In this document: one piece after another, positions 23,091 to 33,225 of the stretch | Position numbering within the stretch: the stretch's first letter is position 1 | How the letters are laid out: every line of letters starts with the position of its first letter | Virus record (IMG/VR): IMGVR_UViG_3300008012_000023 | Span: 28,982 to 92,981 of that record | Reading direction: 5' to 3' (one strand) | DNA: 64,000 bases | From: a virus | Notes under the pieces: generated by a model | Databases searched by the model: none | What the model was told of the DNA's origin: nothing | Seen by the model: the letters and a program-made list of their open reading frames with translations, nothing else | Program-made: the position numbers and the translations under genes

Positions 23091-25652
23091 TTAGTTCAAT
23101 CTCCTAAACTCAACATCTGTTTTACTATAGTCTACTTTATAGTATCCTGTATCAGTCATTACACTTGCCCATGGAACCTCTTGTGCCATTACGCCCTGAT
23201 ACGTTCCAGGCTGTTGTTTGTATTTAAACTGATAGATGTTAATTCCACGTGGTGATTTTCCAACAAGTGTAATTTCTTCTTTTAACCTTTTGTCGCTCCA
23301 TTTAGAGAAAAAGCCTCCAACCGCTGATGTAACAGATGCAAAAGTTTTTCCTATATTTGTGCCAAGGGTGCTGACCATTGATTTGACATTTGTGACCGCA
23401 GTCACTTTGCCTCCCATGATATTCTTGTAAGTGTTTTGTACAAATGAAGCACCTTTTGAATATATTTCTAATTGTGATTTTCCTGTTATGGCACTTGCTA
23501 CTTCTACACCTTTGGCTCCGATCTGCAGACCTGTGTTCACGGCATTGTACGCTTTATTGAATTTGCTAGAGTTGGATCTGAGTATTCCTAGTCCGGCCTG
23601 TGTGAGTCCAATTTTGTCAATTTTGCCTGCACCTGCGGCTGTGTCAACGAAACTCAAAGCAGTATCTGGAATTCCCGCATTGTCCTGGAATATTCCTGCG
23701 ATGGTGCTTGTCGACGACGTGGGAGACGAAAGGCTCTCAATCACCTTGCTGGCAGTGTTGCTGACTTTCTGAGAAAGATTTCCTGCCGTGAAAAGCACAC
23801 CGGAATCTTTGACAAATATTTGGTCTTTCAAAGTTTTGGATACCTCGCCTTTTATCGAACTTATGGTCTGGTCGATGGCATCGTTTACTCCTGCCGTTAT
23901 CGGAGACATGGGATTGTTGGTCACACTATAAAGTGTATTGTAACTGTTTGTGAAATCGTCGGCGGCTTTTTGTATTTTTGCTATGGTGCCCACACTGGTT
24001 GATTTTTTTGAAATTTTGCTTGTGGCAGAATCTACTGTTCCTAATCCTATGCTTTCGAGGTGCGCCTGGAGATCTGCCTGGAACTGTCCTATCCTGATTG
24101 TGGGATTTTCGCTGGTTCTATTTCTCTGAGCGATAAATTCTGCTGTGCCAGGAATTTTGTCATTTAGGCTTGGCCCCAATCCAACGAATGAAACAATTTT
24201 ATCGTAGTGATAAGGAAAAGGTTCGTGCGTTGGCACTCTCATACCCGACATTGAAACGTTTCCTTCCACAGTCACTTCCAATGGACCTGCTTGATATTTT
24301 TCCATTGGGTTGACATCTGGCACGAACACGTGTCGCGTTCCTGTTCCAAACGGATTTGTATCTGTGGCATTTGTCCTTTCAAGGTTATTGAAAAGACTAG
24401 AATTGGTTCCAATACTGTTGAAATGCACCTGACCACCCGTCAAGTGATGTTGGCCTGATGCCATGTGTATCTGTTGTTGTCCTGCGTAACTCAATATAGA
24501 GCCGTTGGGTGCTTTTTCAGTGATGCTACCTGTGGTTGCCTGTAACTGAATGTCTGTGTCTGAGTATTGCTGTATCGCTCCGCCGTCTATAACCATTTTG
24601 TTCAGAGAACGTAATTTTATCTGATTCCTGGCAAACATATTGATGTCAGAATCACTGTGAAGATTTAGATCTCCGCCTGCCCTGATGTTTACCGAGTTTC
24701 CGGCGTATATGTCAATTGCTCCGTTGGCGGAAAATTCCATCCAAACATTTCCTGATCCATTTGCTAGATATACAACACCGGCCGAGTCATTCAAAAGCAA
24801 TTGATGTCCTGAAGCACTTCTCATCCTGACTAGTTGATTTTCTCCGGCACTGTCACCATCGTCCATGACGAAAGTGTGACCAGTCAGTCTATCCACTATC
24901 TCCTGCTTGATCGAATCAACACCGCCTATTTTTCGTTTTTTGCCTCGCGGGTCTTTCCTTCCCGGTGTGCTTATTCCGTAGACCTGGCTTGGAGATTCTC
25001 TTCTGGCGCTAGATGTGGTTGTTCCCCTGACCGCGTCCTGTATAAGTCCTTCCTGCCTTAATGTTTCAGCGAAAGGATGCACAGGCTGTTTGATGTTGCC
25101 GGGGGAGTCCGCCAAAAGACGTGTGTTGATTTCTCCGGCCGGAACCTTGTCTGTGCCATACAAGTCTTCTTTGGATAATTGAAAATCACCCATGGCATCA
25201 ACTTGCGTATTGGTGGATGCCGCTATTCCAGGAGTCATAAAATTGTTGTTTGGTTCTGGTATACACCCTATCCAGTAGGCCTGGCTGGCGTCGCCCTCGA
25301 CGAATAAAACCATGACTCTGGTTCCCACATCTGGTGGTACCATCCACATTCCATATGAGTGCCTGGATTGGCTGTAACTACCGGGTGCATCACTGTTGTT
25401 ATAACTGCCTTCTGTGTGTTCGGCACCTTTGGTTCCATAAAAAGGAGTCATATATCTGCATATAACTTCGTGCGATTGGTAGGTTTTTGTTGTTCCCACC
25501 GATGCTTCTATTATTATCGCTATTCTACCCAATCTTTCTGGGTCTCTGTTATTTGTAACCAACCCCACATAAGGACCAGAGTTTTTTTCCACCATCTTCT
25601 GTAACTGAAGACTTGGTTTAATTGTTGAAAAATCTCCGAATTGAGTTGACAT
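23091..25652 (-). CDS. Baseplate central spike, gp5/VgrG-like, with C-terminal Peptidase_S74 chaperone
   Basis: N-terminal OB-fold (VTNNRDPERLGRI...GMWMVPPDVGTRVMVLFVEGD..YWIG), beta-helix (GHTFVMDD, SGHQLLLND), C-terminal WSDKRLKE...GVMAQEV...VDYS. Confidence 0.85.
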   Translation of the reverse strand: MSTQFGDFSTIKPSLQLQKMVEKNSGPYVGLVTNNRDPERLGRIAIIIEASVGTTKTYQSHEVICRYMTPFYGTKGAEHTEGSYNNSDAPGSYSQSRHSYGMWMVPPDVGTRVMVLFVEGDASQAYWIGCIPEPNNNFMTPGIAASTNTQVDAMGDFQLSKEDLYGTDKVPAGEINTRLLADSPGNIKQPVHPFAETLRQEGLIQDAVRGTTTSSARRESPSQVYGISTPGRKDPRGKKRKIGGVDSIKQEIVDRLTGHTFVMDDGDSAGENQLVRMRSASGHQLLLNDSAGVVYLANGSGNVWMEFSANGAIDIYAGNSVNIRAGGDLNLHSDSDINMFARNQIKLRSLNKMVIDGGAIQQYSDTDIQLQATTGSITEKAPNGSILSYAGQQQIHMASGQHHLTGGQVHFNSIGTNSSLFNNLERTNATDTNPFGTGTRHVFVPDVNPMEKYQAGPLEVTVEGNVSMSGMRVPTHEPFPYHYDKIVSFVGLGPSLNDKIPGTAEFIAQRNRTSENPTIRIGQFQADLQAHLESIGLGTVDSATSKISKKSTSVGTIAKIQKAADDFTNSYNTLYSVTNNPMSPITAGVNDAIDQTISSIKGEVSKTLKDQIFVKDSGVLFTAGNLSQKVSNTASKVIESLSSPTSSTSTIAGIFQDNAGIPDTALSFVDTAAGAGKIDKIGLTQAGLGILRSNSSKFNKAYNAVNTGLQIGAKGVEVASAITGKSQLEIYSKGASFVQNTYKNIMGGKVTAVTNVKSMVSTLGTNIGKTFASVTSAVGGFFSKWSDKRLKEEITLVGKSPRGINIYQFKYKQQPGTYQGVMAQEVPWASVMTDTGYYKVDYSKTDVEFRRLN

Positions 25653-25657
25653 ATGAA

Positions 25658-28024
25658 TTACTTACTAAAAAATTTTTTAATTTTTTGGGTTATTGAGTTG
25701 AAAAGATCACGTATGCTAGGTCCTTCGGGAATCTCGCTATCGTCCACGATGCCCCGCCATGCGTCTAAATATTTGTCTTTGCTGGTTGGTACGTTACCAA
25801 AATTAGTTTTAGTAAACTCGTCTGGCAATGGATCTTTGACCTTGATTCCTTGGTTCCTAAATCTTGCCATGTGAAGCATTTGTCTAAATTGTCCCCTATC
25901 AAATATATTTTCTATTCTAAAAATCCTGTACAACCCACTGAACGGTATTCTGTCTCCCTGATTCAATTTGTAAGTACCTGATTCGCTGTCTATGTCGACA
26001 GGAAATCTAAAGTCCAGTGCCACATATGGTTCTGCCATGTTCAAATTATAACTTTGAGAATTTTCATCGAACGCATTGTATGACCCATCGTTTACGCTTC
26101 TGTTTTTGTTGTTCCATACTCCCGGTCCAGAAAGATCATTTATGCTTGGTGTAAGCAAGGGTGCGAATTGGTTGTTACTTAGATAGACAGGATCACCCAA
26201 TATTTCCATCTCTATCTTGACCATGTCACCTTCGGGGTTACTGAATGCATCCTGGAATTGTACTAAACTTTCATTTACTCCCGACACTCCTGTTCCTGCT
26301 GTTTTTCCTCCGCCGGGATATGCGGCATTTGGCAAGTCGGGTTCAACATTTTCTGTGTCATCGGACAAGTTTCCCGTCTGTCCCGATCCTGGCTTGACCA
26401 CTGTGGCGTACTGTTGCGGAGCAAGTGCCTTGTATCTCGGATTGTAGTATGCCACATTGTATCTTAAATTTAGATTTAATATTTCTGTATTTTCTCCAGT
26501 GAAAACATATTGATATTTTTTCCTTGCTAAAAATTTGTTATTGATAGCAACAAAGTTCCTAAATTTAGAATGCAGACCAGGCTGTGTGTAATTCAAAATG
26601 TGTATTTTGATCGGCTCAATATGGAAATGAATTATTTTTGAATGCTGTTTTGTTTTTATGTCTATTGTTGATTTTTGTTTTAGGTTTGTAGTGACCTTGA
26701 AATACCTGACATAAAATTTGTCCTCATTATCCATTATAAATTTTGCTTTGGCCTCTTCGCTTACTAATTTGTCAATGGTGTCACCTAGTTCACCGTTTGC
26801 CTTGACTGCCCAATCTCTCAATCTTTCTTTATCATTGTTGTATGGTGGTATCAATTTCATTACTTCGATAAGATGCTGACTAATACCCGTGCCCTTGTCG
26901 ATGGTCGCTAATCTGTTGGCCAGTTGTTTGTTTGTGTTAAATTTTTTTTCATCTGCATTGTTTTCGGTCAAAGAGTCGTCGTCTACATCTGTGGGTGAAA
27001 GTCTCGTGTAATTGATGTTGCTGGCTTTGTCAATAACAAAACTTGCGTCTAGTGTGGGATCGCAGGTCACCAAATACTGGTCTGCTGTGTCTGGTCCAAA
27101 TTGTTTCTGGTCTATTTCAATTTTTATCATTTCATTAAGTGCTTTTGTTAGGTCTTTGCAGTAATCGGAAAGTTTGCCCCCACTTTTGATGTCAACACTA
27201 ATGGGACTTCTTGTGTAATTGAATCTATTCATGAATGCGTATTCGTTGATAGGCACGGCATTCACGTTGTATTGTGCGCCTCCTTGATTGACGTCGATCT
27301 GCATCTGGGTTATATGAATCGGTATTGAACGTTTAAGGTTATCGCCGTTGACCAAAGGTTTTCCGTGACTGTCGTACCCTTTGTATTCCACTGTCAACAG
27401 GAACGGTGCTGTCACGTGATCCTTGAATCCCGAAGCGTTTGCGGCGCCTCTGACCTTTGTCACTAGGCTGAGACCATATGGTTCTGCGATGCTCATTTCA
27501 ATATTTGTCACTGACGTAAATTGCCTTGATGGGTCGGCAACAGGCACTGTTGTGATATTACAGGTTTCAATAAAAAAATCATGAGCCCTTGTAAGGACTG
27601 ATTTGGCAAAGTCAGTAATCTGTCTCTGTTCTACTGTTCTTGCCGATGCGTCGCTGGTCATGGCATCCGAGTTCTCGTTGACCTGTGCTTCTGGAAAAAT
27701 GCTGTTAGACTGATCAATAAAGTTTAGACTGCCATTTATACCACCGGTCCTTGCTATTACATTCCTGGGCCTGTATCCTCCCTTCAAATAGGCCACCGAC
27801 TCCAGTTCTTCTCTGGTCAGGGCACTCAGGGTGAATATGCTGGAAAAACTAGAAAAACGTGCCAGCGGATTGTCGTAATTTATTTTTGCTCTTTGTTGTG
27901 TCGAATCTACTTTTACAACTGTCTTGCTCGAGAAAGCATTTTCGTTGAAAGTATTGATTTCTTCTTGAATCTTGATCTTTTGTTGATCTTTTATTTTCTG
28001 TCTTTTTTCGTAACGTGTAACCAT
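25658..28024 (-). CDS. Putative baseplate hub protein (gp27-like)
   Basis: Position upstream of gp5; MEILGDP and FSGLYRIFRIENIFDRGQFRQMLHMAR are typical of hub C-termini. Confidence 0.6.
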   Translation of the reverse strand: MVTRYEKRQKIKDQQKIKIQEEINTFNENAFSSKTVVKVDSTQQRAKINYDNPLARFSSFSSIFTLSALTREELESVAYLKGGYRPRNVIARTGGINGSLNFIDQSNSIFPEAQVNENSDAMTSDASARTVEQRQITDFAKSVLTRAHDFFIETCNITTVPVADPSRQFTSVTNIEMSIAEPYGLSLVTKVRGAANASGFKDHVTAPFLLTVEYKGYDSHGKPLVNGDNLKRSIPIHITQMQIDVNQGGAQYNVNAVPINEYAFMNRFNYTRSPISVDIKSGGKLSDYCKDLTKALNEMIKIEIDQKQFGPDTADQYLVTCDPTLDASFVIDKASNINYTRLSPTDVDDDSLTENNADEKKFNTNKQLANRLATIDKGTGISQHLIEVMKLIPPYNNDKERLRDWAVKANGELGDTIDKLVSEEAKAKFIMDNEDKFYVRYFKVTTNLKQKSTIDIKTKQHSKIIHFHIEPIKIHILNYTQPGLHSKFRNFVAINNKFLARKKYQYVFTGENTEILNLNLRYNVAYYNPRYKALAPQQYATVVKPGSGQTGNLSDDTENVEPDLPNAAYPGGGKTAGTGVSGVNESLVQFQDAFSNPEGDMVKIEMEILGDPVYLSNNQFAPLLTPSINDLSGPGVWNNKNRSVNDGSYNAFDENSQSYNLNMAEPYVALDFRFPVDIDSESGTYKLNQGDRIPFSGLYRIFRIENIFDRGQFRQMLHMARFRNQGIKVKDPLPDEFTKTNFGNVPTSKDKYLDAWRGIVDDSEIPEGPSIRDLFNSITQKIKKFFSK

Positions 28025-28030
28025 GACATC

Positions 28031-28330
28031 TTATATTCCCAGATCGTCTTTTAGACTAGACAATTTTGGCAGTTGTATGGTCACTCCTGGAGAGAAGTCA
28101 TATATGGGATCTTCTATCTCGTCTGGATTCCTTTGTGCAAAAACCCACCACAATCTCGGAGATCCATACAAGTCATATGCCAACAAGTCCGGCCTGTAAG
28201 CATAAATTCTGTCTATGGTATAACTGACGTCGTCGTCTCTCGCAGTTATTGGTCTAGGAACAAAAAAATCTAAATTTAAATTGTTCTGTGGCGTGACAGC
28301 GTACGGTGAGGTATTGCTATACTTTGCCAT
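28031..28330 (-). CDS. Baseplate wedge protein, gp53/LysM-like
   Basis: YRPDLLAYDLYGSPRLWWVFAQRNP...PIYDF.PG.TIQLP. Confidence 0.85.
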   Translation of the reverse strand: MAKYSNTSPYAVTPQNNLNLDFFVPRPITARDDDVSYTIDRIYAYRPDLLAYDLYGSPRLWWVFAQRNPDEIEDPIYDFSPGVTIQLPKLSSLKDDLGI

Positions 28331-29229
28331 TAAATGAATCCTATTTGTTCTATGTTGTTTCCAGAATCTTTACCTGTAAGTTTTCCATTTGCGAACTCCT
28401 GCAGACTGAATCCTTTTACTGCTTCCCTGCTGTAGATAGGTTGTATCTGCACTGTGAAGATGCTAGAAGTTGGTGCCCAGGTTTCTGGAATCCTTGTAGA
28501 AGTAGACGAATACGATCCTTCACTTGCTTCGGGTAGATCTGCGCCTTGCGAGGTGCAGATATAATCAACGTTGTTTGTCATTTCAACCGTGAAGTTAGTG
28601 ACCACCACTGGTATATTTTTGAACACGTGTTGACCGTAACCGTTTAACAACAATATAGGCGGTGGACTTCCTTTGAAATTTTCTTCTCCTCCAAAAAACA
28701 TTTTTGTTACTGTTCTTAGAAAGTGCAGTGTTGCTACCCAATGCTGGGCATCGTCTTGATTTTGTACTGGAAACTCTCCAACTATTGTCATGTTGCTGGT
28801 TTCTGAATTTTGGTATGCGTAAAAAGGATAATTGTTGTGGACCATCGCCATTGGATTGTAAGCGGCCTGGTGCTGTATAATCACGTTTGGCGTCAATGGA
28901 AAAATAATTCCTCCAGTATCTGATAATCTAGAAAGTATGCTGTATTTGGTGCCACCGGTTGTCTTGTCCTGTTTCTGTCCGTCTCCAAACATTACCTGTC
29001 GCAGATATGTGTTCGCTGTAGGAACTGTAAGTCTTACACGCCAGTCTGTCTGAAAATCTCTTCGGGTCCATGACGCATCCGCTCTCTGCCTCAAAGGCGA
29101 TTCTGCGCCTTGCTGTAATCCGGCACCCAGTAACCTGCCCAATGTTCTGTTGAAAACATTCGAGGCTACACCGCCTATCACATTGGCTAGTGATTTACCA
29201 TCTGGGTTTGTCAAATTTGATTCACTCAT
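28330..29229 (-). CDS. Putative tail tube initiator/baseplate protein (gp48/gp54-like)
   Basis: GIIFPLTP...LHFLRTVTKMFFG...GSPPPILLLNGYGQHVFKNIPVVVTNF. Start moved to ATG 29229 (MSESN), downstream of the late promoter. Confidence 0.6.
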   Translation of the reverse strand: MSESNLTNPDGKSLANVIGGVASNVFNRTLGRLLGAGLQQGAESPLRQRADASWTRRDFQTDWRVRLTVPTANTYLRQVMFGDGQKQDKTTGGTKYSILSRLSDTGGIIFPLTPNVIIQHQAAYNPMAMVHNNYPFYAYQNSETSNMTIVGEFPVQNQDDAQHWVATLHFLRTVTKMFFGGEENFKGSPPPILLLNGYGQHVFKNIPVVVTNFTVEMTNNVDYICTSQGADLPEASEGSYSSTSTRIPETWAPTSSIFTVQIQPIYSREAVKGFSLQEFANGKLTGKDSGNNIEQIGFI

Positions 29230-29235
29230 TTTTCG

Positions 29236-29264
29236 TTGACTTAAATGTTTAAATTTTGTATAAT
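29236..29264 (+). promoter_or_regulatory. Sigma70-type promoter for the gp55-gp47-gp46 operon
   Basis: TTGACT (29236-41), 17-nt spacer, TATAAT (29259-64). Confidence 0.85.
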
Positions 29265-29270
29265 CAATAG

Positions 29271-29278
29271 TATTTATA
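29271..29278 (-). promoter_or_regulatory. Late promoter TATAAATA for the baseplate operon
   Basis: Exact TATAAATA on the minus strand upstream of ATG 29229. Confidence 0.8.
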
Positions 29279-29341
29279 GGCACAATTATAGGCGCACTTT
29301 ATATCCCCTTCAGGCTCTAATCGTTAATAAAACGGAGAAAT

Positions 29342-30280
29342 ATGAAAAAAGTAAACTATTTGAACAATCGAGACCTGATGCTCGAAATCCACAGGAGCAA
29401 GAACACCTACTGTTCATACGTCGGAGAAGGCGACGACCAATACGATATTATCTTGACCGATGTGAAAAAAATTAATCAGCCAAACATCGCCAAAGCCAGA
29501 AAAGCACGTGCCAAAAGAATGACGCAACAGGCATGGGAAGAAGCCAAGTCTCAAGGCATCAAGAGAGCAAAAATGAGCGACTACGAAGTTTCTCCCAGAA
29601 AAATAGACAAGACTGATCTAATTTTTAGGGTGATGTCTTTTGATCACATTCCGGTCGATTCCGAAAGGAAGAAAAATCCAAAAACACGTGCGGACCATCA
29701 CGTGAAGATAAACTTTCCTCCATTCCAACACTTCAAACTTGACAAAAAAGGAAAACCAAGATGTGTGGGGAAAAGTCACTGGGTGGGAGGAATGAGCAAC
29801 GGAGAATTTAAACACGACCACGGTAAAATTACTAACAAACTGGCATTGATGTTCATGAAACTGTGCGAAAGATATGGCACAAGGTCAAACTGGAGAGGTT
29901 ATACCTACAATGACGAAATGCAGTCACAAGCGTTGATGCAATTGAGCCAGATAGGACTACAATTCGATGAATCAAAATCTGAAAATCCATTTGCGTACTA
30001 CACCGCCGCAATCACAAATTCATTTACTCGAATACTGAATCTTGAAAAGAAAAATCAAAATATCAGAGACGACATAATGGAGATGAATAATTTGATGCCT
30101 AGTTTCACAAGACAGAATCAAAACGAAGTAGAGGCAAAAAAATTTGCCGGCAAGTACAGAAAAGAAAAGCAAGAAGTTGCGCCTGTGAAAACTTACACAA
30201 AAAAAGCAATTAAAGAGTTGAATAAGAGGTTAAAAAATACAGGTAAAATTTCTGCTAACGATTTCGAAGAGGTAAAATAA
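29342..30280 (+). CDS. Late-transcription sigma factor, T4 gp55-like
   Basis: NYLNNRDL...NWRGYTYNDEM...QFDESKSENPFAYYTAAITNSFTRILNLEKK; lies upstream of gp47/gp46 as in T4-like phages; SD GGAG. Confidence 0.9.
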   Translation: MKKVNYLNNRDLMLEIHRSKNTYCSYVGEGDDQYDIILTDVKKINQPNIAKARKARAKRMTQQAWEEAKSQGIKRAKMSDYEVSPRKIDKTDLIFRVMSFDHIPVDSERKKNPKTRADHHVKINFPPFQHFKLDKKGKPRCVGKSHWVGGMSNGEFKHDHGKITNKLALMFMKLCERYGTRSNWRGYTYNDEMQSQALMQLSQIGLQFDESKSENPFAYYTAAITNSFTRILNLEKKNQNIRDDIMEMNNLMPSFTRQNQNEVEAKKFAGKYRKEKQEVAPVKTYTKKAIKELNKRLKNTGKISANDFEEVK

Positions 30281-30283
30281 ACT

Positions 30284-31306
30284 ATGCCATTATTCAAAAA
30301 GGCGGCCTGTTTCACAGACATACATTTTGGGCTAAAAGGAAATTCTCGTGTACACAACGACGACTGTGAATCTTTTATCAAATGGTTCATACAACAGGCC
30401 AAAGCACAAGGTTGTGAAACCTGTATTTTTCTAGGCGACTGGCATCACCACAGAAGTTCCACAAATGTATCCACAATGAACTACACAGTGTCAAACATGG
30501 AAAGACTAGGTGCGGCATTTGAAAAAGTTTATGTGATAATGGGCAATCATGATCTTTTCTACAGAGAAAAAAGAGAAATCAATTCCATGGAATTTATAAG
30601 ATATATTCCAAATGTGCATATTGTCAACGAGTGGCTTGTCGACGATGAATGTGCTATTATTCCTTGGATAGTCGAAGACGAATATAAAAAAATACCCGAA
30701 ATGAAACAGAAATATATCTTTGGACATTTTGAATTGCCATATTTCAAAATGAATGCCATGGTAGAAATGCCGGACGTGGGCACAATCCAGGCCGATCATT
30801 TTGTTAACCAAGAATATGTTTTTACAGGACATTTTCATAAAAGACAAATTAGGAAAAACATTCACTACATTGGTAATGCTTTTCCGCACAACTACGCAGA
30901 TGCCGGTGACGACGAACGTGGCATGATGATTCTTGAGTGGGGCGGTCAGCCCAAATACTTTAATTGGCCCGGAATGCCAAAATATAGACACTATAAAATA
31001 AGCAACCTACTAGCAGACACCGACAGGATGTTGGAAGAAAGGATGTATGTAAGGGTGGGTCTAGACATAAAAATTTCCTACGAAGAAGCCAATTTCATAA
31101 GAGAAACATTTATCGAAAAATACAAATTGAGAGAACTACAACTGATACCCGAACAATTGGATCAGGCAGAGGCAAAACCTGTAAAAGTTGAAAAATTTGA
31201 CTCAGTTGACCAGATTGTGATCAAACAGTTGGAAAGCGTTGATTCAAAAACTTTTGATAAAAATATTTTAATGGCAATTTACAACAACTTAGATGTCAAC
31301 AACTAA
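30284..31306 (+). CDS. Recombination endonuclease subunit, gp47/Mre11/SbcD-like
   Basis: Metallophosphoesterase motifs DIHFG, GDWHH, GNHD, GHFH. Confidence 0.95.
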   Translation: MPLFKKAACFTDIHFGLKGNSRVHNDDCESFIKWFIQQAKAQGCETCIFLGDWHHHRSSTNVSTMNYTVSNMERLGAAFEKVYVIMGNHDLFYREKREINSMEFIRYIPNVHIVNEWLVDDECAIIPWIVEDEYKKIPEMKQKYIFGHFELPYFKMNAMVEMPDVGTIQADHFVNQEYVFTGHFHKRQIRKNIHYIGNAFPHNYADAGDDERGMMILEWGGQPKYFNWPGMPKYRHYKISNLLADTDRMLEERMYVRVGLDIKISYEEANFIRETFIEKYKLRELQLIPEQLDQAEAKPVKVEKFDSVDQIVIKQLESVDSKTFDKNILMAIYNNLDVNN

Positions 31307-31469
31307 AAAAAGAATAACAAAAAAGAAATTAATGGAGATATTAAAAAAAACTCCAGAAGAACACAGGTTCATTGACGATTTTTTCACACGTAAAAGAACA
31401 CACAAAGAGTGGTTACAGGAATACTGGAGATGGAGAGCAAAAAAGGAAAGACACGATGCTGACAATTAG
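31293..31469 (+). CDS. Small basic hypothetical protein (58 aa)
   Basis: Manual translation MSTTKKRITKKKLMEILKKTPEEHRFIDDFFTRKRTHKEWLQEYWRWRAKKERHDADN; overlaps the gp47 stop and the gp46 start, filling the gap. Confidence 0.55.
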   Translation: MSTTKKRITKKKLMEILKKTPEEHRFIDDFFTRKRTHKEWLQEYWRWRAKKERHDADN

Positions 31470-33225
31470 GACTCTCACTGTAAAGAATTTCTTGTCTGTT
31501 GGCAATCAGGCTCAGGCCATCAATTTTGACAACAAAAATTTAGTTTTAGTAATAGGTGAAAACATGGACCTCGGCGGTGATGACGCAGGGGCCAGAAACG
31601 GAACAGGAAAAACCACAATCATTAATGCGATAAGTTATGTGTTTTTTGGCGATGCTCTCACGCAAATCAGGAAAGACAATCTAGTCAACAAAACAAACAA
31701 CAAAGAAATGCTAGTGGCAGTGGAGTTTGAAAAAAATGGTACCAAATACAAAATCGAAAGAGGCAGAAAACCTCAGGTTTTGAGGTTCTACGCAAACGAC
31801 ATCGAGCAGGCATCCAACGAGGCACAAGGAGAGAACAGGGAGACTCAGGCAGAGATCAACAAACTTTTAGGTATGACTCACGCTATGTTCAAAAATATAG
31901 TGGCTCTAAATACCTATTCCCAACCGTTCCTGTCTACAAAACAAGCAGAACAAAGAGAAATCATAGAACAATTATTGGGAATAACACTTTTGAGTGAAAA
32001 AGCAGACATACTCAAGGAGCAAATGAAAGCAACAAAACTTCAATCAACCGAAGAAAAATATAAAATAGATTCCACCATTGCTTCAAATGAGAAAATAGAA
32101 GACTCGATAAAAAATTTGAAATTAAGAAATTCGGCATGGCAGTCAGCACAGAAAGAGGACATTAAAAAGTTTAATTCTGCTATTGAGGAATTGGAAAAGG
32201 TTGATATAAAGAACGAACTAGAACTACACAAAAAAATACAAAAGCAACAGGATGATCTCAAATCCCTTAGAAGTCTTGAAAAAGAACGTGCATACCACGA
32301 AGATAGCCTTACTAAGACTGTAAGACAACTGGATCTAAAAAAGAAAGACATAGATTATGCAAATGATGCCAAGTGTCCAACCTGTGAACAGTCACTGCAC
32401 GACGAGAAACACCAACAACTGTTAAAAAAACTTAATACCGATCTAGAAGAACTACAGAAAGACGAACAAAAACTATCTAATGAATTGAAAGAAATAAACA
32501 GTTCGATAGAAAAAATAGGTGATGTTGGTCCTTTACCAGACACTTTTTATGACTCAATCGATGAAGCATACAATCATCAGGGTACCTTGAAGGATTTGAA
32601 AAGACAACTGGAGCAAACAGAAAAAAAAGAAAATCCTTATCAAGAACAGATAGACGACCTAACAGATTCTGCCTTGCAGAAAATAGATTACACCAAACTA
32701 AATGAGTTGGAAGACCTATCGAGACACCAGGATTTCTTATATAAACTACTGACGGCGAAAGATTCTTTTGTGAGAACAAGAATAATAGAGCAAAACCTAA
32801 CATATCTAAATCAACGTTTGGCTTGGTACCTCAGTCAAGTAAAACTGCCACACACAGTAATTTTCCAATCCGACCTCACAGTGCAGATAGAAGAGCTAGG
32901 CAGAGAATTAGACTTTGACAATTTGAGTCGAGGCGAAAGGAACAGATTGATTCTAAGTATGAGCTGGGCATTCAGAGACGTATGGGAGAGTCTGTATCAA
33001 CAGATCAACTTGCTGTTCATAGACGAATTGATAGACGCAGGTATGGATACATCGGGCGTGGAAAGTTCAATGGCAGTGCTAAAAGAAATGGCACGTACAC
33101 AACAAAAAAATATATTCCTTATCTCACACAAAGACGAACTGGTAAGCAGGGTCAATTCTGTGCTTAAAGTGATCAAAGAAAACGGTTTTACAAATTACGC
33201 CAATGACGTGGAAATTGTCATATGA
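31456..33225 (+). CDS. Recombination ATPase subunit, gp46/Rad50/SbcC-like
   Basis: KNFLSVGN, Walker A NGTGKTT, Zn-hook CPTC, signature LSRGE, Walker B LLFIDE, ISH. Start placed at ATG 31456 (MLTIRTL). Confidence 0.95.
   Translation: MLTIRTLTVKNFLSVGNQAQAINFDNKNLVLVIGENMDLGGDDAGARNGTGKTTIINAISYVFFGDALTQIRKDNLVNKTNNKEMLVAVEFEKNGTKYKIERGRKPQVLRFYANDIEQASNEAQGENRETQAEINKLLGMTHAMFKNIVALNTYSQPFLSTKQAEQREIIEQLLGITLLSEKADILKEQMKATKLQSTEEKYKIDSTIASNEKIEDSIKNLKLRNSAWQSAQKEDIKKFNSAIEELEKVDIKNELELHKKIQKQQDDLKSLRSLEKERAYHEDSLTKTVRQLDLKKKDIDYANDAKCPTCEQSLHDEKHQQLLKKLNTDLEELQKDEQKLSNELKEINSSIEKIGDVGPLPDTFYDSIDEAYNHQGTLKDLKRQLEQTEKKENPYQEQIDDLTDSALQKIDYTKLNELEDLSRHQDFLYKLLTAKDSFVRTRIIEQNLTYLNQRLAWYLSQVKLPHTVIFQSDLTVQIEELGRELDFDNLSRGERNRLILSMSWAFRDVWESLYQQINLLFIDELIDAGMDTSGVESSMAVLKEMARTQQKNIFLISHKDELVSRVNSVLKVIKENGFTNYANDVEIVI

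Noticed and set aside
245-28536. Many short plus-strand ORFs over the baseplate and fibre genes, and minus-strand ORFs over the right arm
   Set aside because: Antisense shadows of long Ser/Thr/Gly-rich genes; no motifs or translation signals.
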